A stretch of DNA of 64,000 bases. Origin: Geosiphon pyriformis uo1. Its lineage: Eukaryota; Fungi; Glomeromycota. The stretch lies in the NCBI GenBank assembly GCA_016748015.1, contig JAAOMT010000070.1:186001-250000 (forward strand), given 5' to 3'. Positions 1 through 12,119 of the stretch are shown in pieces; within the stretch, counting starts at the first letter, position 1; each line of letters starts with the position of its first letter. The notes below the pieces were generated by a model. It was not told where the DNA came from, made no database searches, and saw only the letters and a program-made list of their open reading frames with translations. A program made the position numbers and the translations under genes.

Positions 1-2108
1 GCTTGTTAGCCACTGCATTGCTAAGTAAGAATGGTGATTCATTTGCTTCAAATTCAAAAGAAAATATATTTGAAAGGTTGGTGTTTTCAGCAATTCTGGC
101 TGGTGGGATTGTGGTAGGAGTATAAGAAGGGTTTTGTTGTTGTGCTGCAGCTCTATCTTCTAAGAGTACAGTATGGTGAAAATTCTGTTCTTTTGACATC
201 ATAAGATAACTAGTTTGAGTATGATAGTAGTTGGGTCTTGGTTGAGCTGAATTTCAGAGAACCAATTGGTTGTTCGAATTGATCCTATTGTTGTTTACTT
301 GGTATTGGTTTTGTGGTGTGAATTGATTTTGCGGAATCAATCTTCGAGCAGATATTTGATAATGTTGTGTGGGTGGTTGTTGGTATTGCTGTTGGATTGG
401 CTGTGGGGCGGGCTGATAATAGTTACTTTGGTATTAAGGTCTTGGTGGATAGTAAGCTGGTGGTGGTGGTTGATAATAAGATTGCTGTGGTGGAGGGTAA
501 TGTTGATTACTCTTATTTTGTTGGTTTCATTGTAGCTTTCTGCAATCTTTTTTTCTAGTGGCCAGGAATTCCACAGTAATGGCAATTCTGAGGCTGGTTA
601 TTAAAAAGTGGTGCAAAGTTATTTTGATTTTGTCTTTGTAAGGGTTGGTATCTTTGTGTTTATTGTGATTGCTGTGGCTGCTGTTGTTGCTGTTGGTTGA
701 TAAAGTAGTGTTCAACTTTTTTGGTTAATTGGTCAATCTTTTCTTTAGCTGCTGAACTGGTTTTTCCAATAGCCAGATTAACAAGTTTGGTACGGTTGGC
801 TTCTTCTATGGCCATTTCATAGTTTTTTGCCTGTTGAATAGCAGTGGCTAAATCTTCTGGTACATGTGAGCGAACTTTCTTAATCAGTTTATCCTTTAAA
901 CTGGCAATAAATTGATCCAAGATTTGAGCATTGGAATAATAATTATTAGTTTTAAGTTGGCAAATTTGTCTAAGAAGTTTGTTAAATTTCCCAATATAAG
1001 TCATGACAGATTTAGAAGATTCTTGTTTAATATTACGAAAATGATTTCGAAATGTGATTGAGGTGTTGTTATCAGTGAATTGTTCTAAGAAGACAGTTTT
1101 GAAAGCTGTCTAGTCATTAAAAGGGGTGGTCAAGTTTTCGAACCATTTGCCTGCTGTTTCTTTGAGAAAGTAGGGAATTGTTCTTAACATTCTGGCAGCA
1201 TTCCATCCATTTGCATCTCCAGCTTTAGTAACTTGGTCAAGCCATTCTTGGGGACTGGTCTCAATATTTTCTTCATTAAATTCAGAAATTTTTGCAATAT
1301 AAGTTGTCATTTCATCTTCTTCCTCATTATCTGTTAATTCACTTTTTTTTTTGGATTCTACTTCTTCTTTAATGGATTCAGAAACGTTTTTTTCATTGGC
1401 TAATGTTTCAGAGTGTTCACTTATGTTTTTTGCTAAATAGTCAAGAAGATTGGTACTAGTCTGAAGGGTTTTTTGTTGTCTGATGGGACTTCTAGATGAT
1501 GTATAATCTTCTAGTCTTGAAAATCGATTTAAAGGTGAATTAGGAATTTCTGCTTGTGTAAGTGAAGCTGGAAAAGATGTAATAGTGAGTGGGAGTTTTG
1601 AACTGATTCCTTGTTCAGATGTTTGTTAGTGTTTGGTAGTTGTTTTTGGTAGTATTGGAGTATTTAAGGCAGTTTTTGAGTATTGCTTCAATTTTTGTTT
1701 GCCTTTGTTGCTTGTTTCTGTCTCTGATTCAAAGTCAAAAAAGTATTTAGACTGTACTGGGTATTTTTCTTCACAATACTCAATAATGTTAAAATTAAGT
1801 TCTTGGAAGTAGGTAACAAGTGTTTCACTGTTCAGGTCTTCTGTTCCCAATTGTGAATAGTGCATTAAATTATTATAGAGGTTGCTTCTAACTTCTGAAA
1901 TGTTGTAGTTTCCAAAAAGATAATTGTTGATGCGGTTTTTAATGTATTGGTATACTGATTTTTTGACAACTTCAATTCCGTCTGGAATGTTGAATCTTTG
2001 CTTGCAGTGTGTGTAAATTGACTAGTAATACTCTAAAGTTGCTGTGTCTGGTGTGATCACTACTTTGAATTTGTTGTTGCTGTATTATTTTCATGGGAGA
2101 GCACCAAA

Positions 2109-2907
2109 TGTTACCAGAGGTTTTTGGTCTCTTTTCTGTAATGTTGTTGATGCCTGTTTGCTGTGAATTCACGTTTTCTGGATGTGGTTGAACCTCCAGT
2201 AACTGAATTTATCTTCAAATTATCTTTTATAATTTGAACTGCTGGGCTTATAAGTGGAATGGCCAATTCCATGCCAGTTGTTTTGTGTAGTTATGTTGTA
2301 GTAAACATCAACTCTTTCCCAGGAATTGCTCATCTGAAAGCTCACTAAAATGTGTAGTTACTTTGCTGTGAAAATCAACTCTTCTACAGGAATCTTGTCN
2401 NNNNNNNNNNNNNNNNNNNAGTGCAATAATTAAAGAATTTGGTTTTTCAAATTATTTGATATTTATTTCTTTTTGTGTGTATATAAAATGGTTCTAAGTG
2501 ATAAATCTAAAGTAAAATATATTTTCTCGAAGAGAGAAGCTCTTCTTTTATACAACTTGTTGTAACACTATTCTATGAACTTGAACTTTGCTATTTTCTA
2601 TAATTTTGCTGAACTAAAGATACATTTCAGCAAACTACAAGTTATTTCTGCAAACTATTAGATATTTTGGTGAACTATCAATTATTTCGGCAAATTTCTT
2701 ACAATTTTCAGCAAACTTTTTGAATGTTACATAGTTTGGGGTATTGCATGATTGATCATCACAATTAGGTTATTAATTAAATGATAATTTTGGATATTTT
2801 GTTAATATAATAAGTAATAATTTGAAATGATAATATATGCTAATTAATGATAAGATTTATAAGGGTAATTTTATGCTAAACAATATCTCTAATTTTGTTT
2901 AGTAACA
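2109..2907 (-). repeat. 5' LTR of element A (contains assembly gap)
   Basis: TGTTAC at 2109 and GTAACA ending 2907; homologous to the solo LTR at 19206-20179. Confidence 0.88.
2400..2419. other. Assembly gap (N run)
   Basis: Run of n characters. Confidence 1.
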
Positions 2908-3690
2908 CCGCTTTATCAAAGACTTTTCTAAATTAGCTCAACTATTCCATCATTTACAAACCAAGAATGTAAAGTATGAATGAACAGAAGCCCAACAAAG
3001 AGTTTTTGATACATTAAAAAGAAAACTTATCTAAGCTTTAGTATTAATGTATTCAAATTACAACAAGCTATTCATTATTACCACTAATGCATTAAGCCAA
3101 GCATTGAAAACAGTACTATTACAGAAAAGACCAGATAGAAGAAAGCATTCAGTAGCTTATGTCAGTAGAAGCTTAAGTCCAGCTGAAAAAAACTATGGAA
3201 TCCCAGCACTGGAATACTTAGCTATCTATTGGGCTGTCACCAAATAGAAGAAATACTTGAGCCAAAAGTTTGATGTGTATACTGACCACAAAAGATTGAC
3301 TTCAATTTAGAAGCAAAAATTTGAAGACAATTGCCATGCAAAATAAAAAATAGCACTATTACCATATACATTTACAGTATATTATAAAAAAGAAAAAAAC
3401 AATGTAAATGCCAACAGATTGTCATAAATGAGACAAATTTAAAAAAACATTTTAACCCAAAAATATAACAAAAAAGATGAATATACAAAAATACAAACAA
3501 CTCTAACATTATATAGATATTCAATTGTTCAAGGAGAAATTATCTCAAAAAGAACAAAACAACATAAAACAGCAATTAAAATATTTTATTAACCATCAAA
3601 ATACACTTTACCAAAAGAACAAAAGAAATCCAGATCAACCAACCAGAGTAATCACAAAACCAGAGAAAGAGATAATATTATTCAACATGC
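2908..3690 (+). pseudogene. Element B pol fragment: end of RT, RNase H, start of integrase
   Basis: RFIKDFSKLAQ..., FIITTNALSQ, VAYVSRSLSPAEKNYG, DVYTDHK, NVNANRLS motifs; cut by element A on the left and element C on the right. Confidence 0.9.
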
Positions 3691-4728
3691 TGTTACAGAT
3701 AAACTTGGTGGATAATAGAGATGATAACGTTTGGTGCTCTCAATTATTGGTGATGTGTCTTCTGTGTAATTCTGTTGGCTTAGTCTCAATTATCAGTCTC
3801 TGAAGGTTTATTTCTGGATGTGGATTTACCTGTTGAATTCTTTGATTATAAGGCACAGAGTTCGTCTTTTGTCAATTGCAATGTCTTTCATAAATGTGAG
3901 CTTTCTTCTCTGAGCTAACAAGCACAGTCATTAGGGTCTGGTAGTGTCTTTTCGCCCTTCTGGTAAGCTAACAAGATAATGTTAATATCCAAAACTTAGA
4001 GGAAGCCTCCTTTTTTTACCAGGCTATCACGAAGTCTATTTCCAGACAGTCAATTTTACTATGTTGCCACTTCACAAAAGAAAATAAGAAAGAAAAAAAA
4101 AGAATAAATTAGTATCATCAATCACCATAATTAAGAGCAATTGGTCCAAATTGTTAATGATCCAAGGTGGTTATGCTAAGAGCATCTGTCCTAAAACAAA
4201 GATACGAAACAATGGTTTATTCACATAAATCTCATATAGTTTGAGAACATGAATTCATGATTCTGATTTCTTTAATAATTGATTTATTTCAGAAGATGAA
4301 TATGGAAATATAATAACTGAGGAGAAGTGATGGATATTTGTTTTTTGTCTAGTGGTTTGTATCTATCTGTCCTTTTTTCTACTTTCTATTACTACTCACT
4401 TTTATACATTCTTTTGGTTTTACAGGATTGCTTCTGATTGTTTTATTATTACTAACTATTGATTTGTTATTTCTGTTATTGCTTCATTCTTCTATATTAT
4501 TATTAGTTATCCTATGTTATAACATATTATCTAGTGTTATTCTGTGTTATCTCATATTGTAACACATTATCTTGTGCTATCCTAAATTATAACACATTAT
4601 TCAACGTTATTGCATGCTATCCTAAGTTATAACATGTTATTCAACATTATTGTATGCTATTCTGTGTTATGTCACATTCTGGTCACGTTTCTTTATAACT
4701 TTGGATCAATTTTTCTACTCAGGTAACA
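3691..4728 (-). repeat. 3' LTR of element C
   Basis: TGTTAC...GTAACA; aligns end to end with 14155-15191; tandem array at ~4500-4680. Confidence 0.95.
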
Positions 4729-4742
4729 TTATCTCTCTTTTT

Positions 4743-5540
4743 TTAGAATTGAGCTCCTGTGAAATTGTATGTATCTGTTCCTATGTCTTCATTTGTGTAA
4801 TATTCAATTGTTGTATTGAGTATTGTTTTTCGTAAGTCTTCAAACTGTTAATTGGTAATTTGTCTTATGTTGTTAACTGTTATTGTCTTTATAGATCCAT
4901 ACAGCAGTACGTTTAGACAATGTTGGAAAGTGACATATAGTTAGTATGCTGTTTTGTAATATAAAATCAGATTGCTTCTTCCTATGAATTTTTCTACTTG
5001 TTGCATTGCTTCTTTGTTGAAAGCTTTCTGGCTGAGATCTCCATATAGTGTTTTCAAATCTAATTGTTCACCAATTTTGTAGAACCAATATGTTGGAGGC
5101 AGTTTTTTTTTCTATTTCTGGGCATTGTCAGGTGTCCACTTCCCTGTTTCAGGGAGTTCAGTCCCACAAGTTAAAGCTTCTTTTATTTTTTCTAGCTCGG
5201 GGACCAAGTATCTTCTTTTATAAAATAATTCTCATTTCTTCACACTTTCTTCAAGCTCTGCCTAAGATGAATTAATTCTTTTTTGTAAAATTCCTTTCTC
5301 AGGTGAAGTGTAGGAATGAGAATGGTTAGTTCTAATTGAACTTTCATCCATCTTTTTCTTCTTCTTATCTCTATATCTTATTTCTTTTCTATCAATTAAA
5401 ATTTCTATTTGAGATGTTGATTTTTGAATTGTTTCAAATAATTGTTTAGATAATTTTAAAATTTGATCTGAAAGGTCCATGTTGAAATTTCTATTGTTTC
5501 TTGCTGCTTTTTGGATGCTATATATATTTGAATTCTCCAC
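4743..5540 (-). pseudogene. Accessory ORF3 of element C (unknown function)
   Basis: Homologous to 54432-55091 and 16389-17047: MDLSDQILKLSKQLFETIQ, YWFYKIGEQLDLKTLY, QQVEKFIGRSNL, C-terminal NFTGAQF*; stops and frameshift present. Confidence 0.75.
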
Positions 5541-5569
5541 TTTAATTTGCTGTATATTGTCTACATTTC

Positions 5570-6730
5570 AATGACAATAATTGGTTCCAAATCTCATGAT
5601 ATATCTTCTGGTCTGATTAATGAAACTTGTGTTCCTAGTTGAGGTACTAATGATGATGATTTTTGTTTTGCATGATAAATTTTTAACCAATTTTCATGCG
5701 CTACTTTTTTTAAAATCCTGTCTTCTAATCATAATTTGTAAGCTTTATTTCCTAACACTTCGTGTATGTAGAATGGACTATCTCACTTTGGGTTGAACTT
5801 TCCACTCCACTGTTTCTCTGCTTTTATATAATGTAACAGTACCTGGTCTCCAATCTTGAATTCCATTGGTTGTTCTGGTAAGCAGTTATTATGTCTTTCT
5901 TTTAGTTATTTTTGAGCGTGACTAATATTGTCGGCTGCTGTTCTTCGATTGCCTTCCAACATTTCCATTAGCTGGTATGTTTTTTGGTATAAGGTAGCTT
6001 TAAAATTTTCTTCATTAATTGTTTCTGTTGGGTATGATAGTATTACTTGTTTAATCAGTAATATAGCTTTTCTTTCATAGATTAGTTCAAAAGGTGTAAA
6101 CTGAGTCATATTTTGTTTCAATGTTCAGTATGCAAAGAATACAGAAGATATGAATAAGTCCTATTCTTGTTTGTTTTCATGACTTATTTTTGCTAGTGCT
6201 TTACACAATGTTCAGTTAAATCATTCTACCAGTCCATTTGTTTGTGAGTGGTATAGTGATGATAAGAGTCATTTTATTCCAAACTGTTGGCTTAGTTCAA
6301 TTAGTGTATTATTAACAAAATGTGTTCTCTGATCAGATAATAATTCTTTCAAGCATTCATGTTAGCAAATTAAGTCTTGATGCACAAATTCAGCTACTGT
6401 TTTGGCATCGGCTACTTGGATTGTTCTGGCTTCTGGCCATTTTGTAAAATAGTCTACAGCTACAGTGATATAGCAATTTTCTTGAGATATAATTGAAAGA
6501 GGTTTAACCAAATTGATTCCAATTCTATCAAATGAATTTCCAACTAGAATGGGTCAAAGTGGTTCTGTTGATCTTGCTCCTCTTCTTTGCTGGCATGCAT
6601 CACAATTGAGCACGTATTCGAAAATGTCTTTGTATATTATTGGCCAATAATATAATTTTAGTGTTCTTTCAAGAGTAGCATTCTTGTTAAAGTGTTCTGT
6701 GGTTGGATCAGAATGCATATTATGTAATAT
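5570..6730 (-). pseudogene. Integrase of element C
   Basis: HSDPTTEHF...YYWP...CDACQ HHCC; IGINLV, YFTKWPEA, ISDQRTHF, HSQTNGLVE, TPFELIY, GPF-type SH3 region. Confidence 0.9.
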
Positions 6731-6959
6731 AGTTTTCTTTTCACTGTTCTTTATAACTTGTTATGGAGTGGAGCGGTTTTAACATTCTTATTAATATAGT
6801 TGGTTGTCTTGAATAAAATAATTTCGGGCTTGTTTTCATATGATATCTCATTCCTGTTAAGATAATATCTTCTTGAAATGTAGTGTTGATAGGTACTGAT
6901 GTAGTCATTGATAAGTGAGTGTGTCCATAAGTCTGGGATTAGGTTTGTGACATCCTCAA

Positions 6960-8260
6960 CAAACTGTTAGCATTGGTGTTCTTGGATCCTTTTTTGTAAT
7001 AGACTTTGAGTAAGAATTGTTGCAGATAAGTACTCTATCTTGCATATTTTTTTTCTAATTGTGGATTATTGAGTAACCAAATAAGTTCTTTGTAATTAGT
7101 ATATAGGTCAAATGGTTGACTGAAGTAATGTTTCCAAGTCTGTATGGCCCAATAAATGACGAGGCATTCCAGATCTGTTGTGCTGTAATTCTTTTTTGCT
7201 GGGCTTGTGCTGTGACTAGCATAGACAACTAGATGTTCTCTATTGTCTGGTCCTATCTGGAATAATACTGCTCCTAAAGCATTTTTTGAGACGGCCATAG
7301 TGACAATAAACCATTTAGTAAAATCTGGATAAATTAAAATAGGGGATGTGATCAAACACTGCTTGAAATAGTCGAATGCTTTCTGTTGATCTTTCTTCCA
7401 CAAGTACAGTACATATTTGGACAACAAATGATAAAGTGGTTTTGTAATGTTTGAGAAACCTTTGACAAATCAATAATAATAGCCTGCCAATCCTAGAAAT
7501 CCTCATAATTCTCTGAGGTTAATTGGAGCTGGAAAATTCTTGACTTTTTGGATCTTATCTGGATCAAGTTTGACTTTATCTTTGCCAATTACATGTCCTA
7601 GGAACTTTAACTCGGTTTTTCCAAAGAAACATTTATCAGGGTTGAGTTTTAATCTGGCACTACAAAGGTGTTCAAAGACTTGTTGCAGATGGAACAAATG
7701 ATCATCGAATGTTTCAGAGAAGACATTGATGTTATCTAGATATACTATGACTGATTTCCACAGAATTCTTTTGTATATGATATCCATGAGGCACTGGAAC
7801 ATGGTAGGAGCATTACAGAGTCCAAAAAACATTATATTAAACTTGAAGTTTCCATCTCGAGTGGTGAATGCTGTTTTTTCTTTGTCTTTGGGGTCTATTT
7901 CAACTTGCCAGTAACCACTTGCTAAATCTAATGACAAGAACCATTTCTTTTTCTCTAGATTGTCCAGAATTTCTTAGATGAGGGAAGTGGGATAATTATC
8001 TTCTTATGTGATGCTATTTAGTTTTTGGTAATTTACACAAAATCACACTTTTCTATTTTTCTTGGTGACCAAAACTACTGAGAAGGACCAAGGGCTTAAT
8101 AATTTTTTGATCAGACTATTGTCAAGCATTTGTTAGACTTCTTGTTTGATAAGGTTGTCACCAGATGGGAGTACTCAGTAAGCTTATTGTTTAATAGGTC
8201 AAGTATCTCTCATATCAATCTGATGCTTTACAATGTTGGTGTGTCCGAACTTATTTTTGC
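6960..8260 (-). pseudogene. Reverse transcriptase and RNase H of element C
   Basis: LDLASGYWQV, KTAFTT, FFGLCNAPTMFQ, VYLDNI, KCFFG, FLGHVI; RNase H motifs LGAVL, YASHST, ECL. Confidence 0.95.
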
Positions 8261-8759
8261 TGGCAAAAACATTGGCATACTGATTCAGAAGGACTTTGAG
8301 TTACATTTGTTGTAAGGTACTTAAGTTTTCTAAATTTAATTTATGGATCTCTTTTGATGTAAACAAGTAACTTTCTTTTGGCAAATTCCATATTTGTGAA
8401 GTGATGTCACAAAATAAAAATAGCTGTGCAAAATCTGGGATAGACTGGAATTTTTCGGAATGTTGAATGTTTGGTGAGATGGAACCAATGAGAGTTCCTT
8501 TAGGGATTTTAATTACACCTTCTGTAGAATTGTGAATGGAGATTTTGAAGTGTTTAGAACTTTGGCCAGTAGGTATAAGTTAGCAACATCAGCTAAAGAA
8601 CAGATTTCAGGATTGGCTTCAAATAACAGAGCTTGATCTTGGATTTTTTGATTCACCTTGAGAAGGTATTGTCAGTAAGGGGGAATGGAGATGACTGTAT
8701 TAGTGTAGATAAGTTCTACCTGATTACTGTTTTCTTTCATGAAGTTGATTGGTATATTT

Positions 8760-9165
8760 CCTCTTCCACTTAATCCAAATCTGTTGATTCCTCAGGCAGT
8801 GAGGTCTAATTCTTTTCAGGTTGTTACTGGAGTTAATTGGAGTATTTTGACTAGGGGTAGGAAGATAGCTTGGGCAATCTTTTCTTATAATTCTATTTTG
8901 TAAGGTCTGTCCGAATTGTTCTGTAGTATTACAATGATGTTTCCTGTGTAACCGGCATTAATAAGTTCTCCTTTTATATTGATTCCTTTCTTAGCTAGAC
9001 TAAATTGAAAGGCAACTTGTACCATTGTACTAACAGGAATTTCTAACACTATCTTAAGATCTATTTTTACAAGAGAATGTGGGGCTATAATGATAGGTGA
9101 TTGTCTGGGGTATTATAGGTCAAAACCAGCATCGGTGTCATGCACTCTTTTGAGGCAAATTTTTT
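8760..9165 (-). pseudogene. dut: dUTPase domain in gag-pol of element C
   Basis: Five dUTPase motifs in order: DAGFDL, FQFSLAKKG (decayed RSS), LINAGYTGNI, KIAQAIF, *GINRFGLSG (decayed RG..GFGSTG). Confidence 0.88.
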
Positions 9166-9339
9166 TTTCGTTGTTACTGTACCATTTTAGCTCTAGTTCT
9201 TTGAATAGGTCAGAATACATGAGATACTGTTCTGTTTTGGTTTTCTTGGTTGAATCTTGAAACAATGTGTTCTTGATGGTCAATTCTTTTTCTTTCTTGA
9301 GCTCAAGTAGTTCAGTGATTGGGAACAGTATTCTGGAGG

Positions 9340-9990
9340 CAGATTGAACATGAGATCACATTCATTACAGTACTAGAAGTGACAAGAGATTAAATAATAA
9401 TTGCACAATTTGGTATTTAAATTAGCTAGTTTCTGTTTCTATTCTTTTTGAGTCAGGGCCAATTCTTGGTAATGGTCTTGAAATGTGTCTGGATCATCTG
9501 TGAAGAAATTTTTAATAAGGTAATTGGGTCCATCATATTCAGGTACAAATAGATTTTCTTTGATTTTTTGTATTTTGCTAAGTATGGCACCTCTAGCTTT
9601 GGCACTGGTCATTCTCCATATTTCATGTTCATTGTGTGGGTAACCATTCAATCAATTGAGTGCTCGTCTCCAGACATCCTCAATTAGGGTTCCCTTTCAT
9701 ACCCAATCATTGATCAAGATGGTATATTGACATGCTTCGTTGCATGTTCCTCCTCTGCCAGGTACATCATTCCAGAATTCTTCATCTGACAGAATCTCGT
9801 CACAAGCAAGGCATGGTGTACTGTCCTATTTGTCTTGTCATTTCGGTTTTCCAAATCTTTCCATTATACATGGTCTGCAATAGTATTTTGTGGTGGTTGG
9901 CCATTTTTTATTATCTCCTATACATGCACTCATGGAGGATAACTTTTTCTCACAGTCGACACAGTTTAATTTTGGGGTTCAATACCATTG
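9340..9990 (-). pseudogene. Cys-rich (CxxC) domain between protease and dUTPase, element C
   Basis: YYCRPC, PCLACD, PGRGGTCNEACQYTILINDWV, GYPHNEHEIWRM, FQYCNEC-type motifs; matches 49830-50470. Confidence 0.75.
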
Positions 9991-10189
9991 ACTTCCTTGA
10001 TTTGAGGTGGAGTAGCCTGTAGATGCTGATTGTAGTTCTTCTGCTTTTCCCTTTCTTTTTTCTTCCCAAGTTGGTAGTGAGGATAACTCTGTTTGGAAAT
10101 TGTGTGCTCACAAAACTTGATAGGTTTCTATAGTAGGTGGTAGTGTTGTGTCTTTGAATTCAATTAGCGGTTTCTCTGAACTTTGGACT

Positions 10190-10620
10190 TGGAAGTGTCC
10201 ACACATAGCTGGGACTTGGGCATGTTATCCATTAAAGGTGATCTGTAATTTCTGTGTGTTCCAGTCAAGAGTGGCATGGGCTTTGGCCAACCAGTCATTT
10301 TCAATGAGGGCTTGATATTGCATGGCTTCTATGACCAGAACTTTAGTAGGAATCTGAATTCTGTTGATCTCAAAAGGGAAATTATTGATTTTTCCAATGG
10401 AAGTCTTAGTATTGCTGTCTGCGGTAATGATTCAGGCAGTTGTGGCACGATCTATTCAGTGACTTAATTGATCTATGAGTTGTTTCATTATTATATTGTC
10501 TGCTGAACTGCTGTCTATAATTAATTTAATATCTATGTTCCTGACTTTAGCATTGGTATACAGAGCCGTGATTGGTTTATCCTGATTAATGGTGGCTTTA
10601 CTGAAAAGGCTAGTGGTGTT
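10190..10620 (-). pseudogene. Retropepsin-type aspartic protease of element C
   Basis: IKLIIDSSSADNII (decayed DSG motif), GKINNFPFEIN, QALIENDWL. Confidence 0.85.
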
Positions 10621-10758
10621 TAAATGGTCAATGTTAAAGGGGAATATGACAGCAAGAATAGTGTCTTTAGTAATAGTGGCAGGTGGAATGGTATTGTTAA
10701 TTTGATTTTGCCTTGAAGAAGTGGAAGTCTCTCCTACATTCTTCCTTTCTAAAGGTGT

Positions 10759-12115
10759 TGTTACGGTTTAAGAATTTAGCAAAAAGAATCATAAAAATAA
10801 TACAAACTATTCAATCATAATATAGCACAGTAATAATCTTAGAAAGGTAATGATTAACATAGTAGCAAACACCATCTCGCAATAGTGGCAAGCACCAGTT
10901 CACAATAGCAGCCAACACCAACTGGTGATAGCAGCAAACACCAGGTTGAAATATCAAAAAAAAAGTATTTTCTCGTAGAACTACAAACATGTATATATAC
11001 AGTAGTTTTAATATTGGGAAATAATAAATCAAGTAATAAAAATCATAACTTATCAAGCAACAGATCCAATTTTTATCCAACAAACTCCACTTTAAAAATC
11101 ATACTTTCAAATTAAATATCCCAAGAAACCTTTAAAAATCAAAAAGAAATGAAAAAAAATATTTAAAACAGAACTATCACAACCCAAAGTATTAAGAAAC
11201 TTATTTGTATTATTTATTGAATGAAACTATCATTCATCAATTGAATCTCTTGGAAGAATAATCCTTGATCAAGATTATTTACGTTGTTACTAATTGATAA
11301 AAGCTTTATTGTGAGAATTAGAAAAGCGCTAAAAACCATTAACATTTTGTGTTTCTAAATTAGAAAAACACATCAGGCAATTGCAAGGATAGCCTCAGAG
11401 AAGACCCCAGACAGTGGGTAGATTTCAGTTCAGCCTCTGAGAAAGAGTACATAAACACACACAACAATCAAGAATTAAAGAATAACTTACATCGCAACAG
11501 TAAAAAAGAAAGCCTTCAATGTAACAGTGACATTATCACACAAATAGAATTGAGGAACTCACGAAAGACTAATTGCAATTAAAGCGGGATATCAGCAATT
11601 AAATATAACAAGAAACCTTTAAAAATCAAAAAGAAATGAAAAAAAATATTTAAAACAGAACTATCACAACCCAAAGTATTAAGAAACTTATTTGTATTAT
11701 TTATTGAATGAAACTATCATTCATTAACTGAATCCCTTGGAAGAATAATCCTTGATCAAGATTATTCACGTTGTTACTAATTGATAAAAGCTTTATTGTG
11801 AGAATTAGAAAAGCGCTAAAGACCATTAACATTCTGTGTTTCTAGATTAGAGAAACACATCAGGCAATTGCAAGGATAGCCTCAGAGAAGACCCCAGACA
11901 GTAGGTAGATTTCAGTTCAGCCTCTGAGAAGGAGTACATAAACACACACAACAATCAAGAATTAAAGAATAACTTACATCGCAACAGTAAAAAGAAAGCC
12001 TTCAGTGTAACAGTGACATTATCACACAAATAGAATTGAGGAACTCACGAAAGACTGATTGCAATTAAAGCGGGATATCAGCAATTAAATATAACAAGAA
12101 AACCATCCCGTAACA
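10759..12115 (+). mobile_element. Solo LTR D with internal 487-bp tandem duplication, inserted in gag-pol of element C
   Basis: TGTTACGG...CCGTAACA termini; perfect TSD GTGT (10755-10758 / 12116-12119); removal restores host frame FYSSTPLERK; TATA-like ATGTATATATAC at ~10989. Confidence 0.9.
11122..12095 (+). repeat. Two tandem ~487-bp direct repeats (11122-11608, 11609-12095)
   Basis: Both begin CAAGAAACCTTTAAAAATC; they differ by scattered transitions. Confidence 0.95.
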
Positions 12116-12119
12116 GTGT

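Larger units (their letters stand above)
1..2907 (-). mobile_element. Ty3/gypsy LTR retrotransposon A, 5' part (5' LTR, PBS, gag); runs off window start; inserted into element B
   Basis: LTR with TGTTAC...GTAACA ends at 2109-2907. PBS TTTGGTGCTCTCCC follows it on the minus strand. Capsid-like ORFs at 1110-1310 and 660-1004. CHYCGIPGH*KKDC zinc knuckle at ~541-585. Many W/Q/R-to-stop transitions. Confidence 0.92.

Noticed and set aside
266-558. Hydrophobic plus-strand ORFs (also 12414-12680, 48472-48747)
   Set aside because: Antisense shadows of N/Q/P-rich gag linkers
11122-12095. Assembly-error duplication
   Set aside because: Copies differ by multiple transitions and join at microhomology
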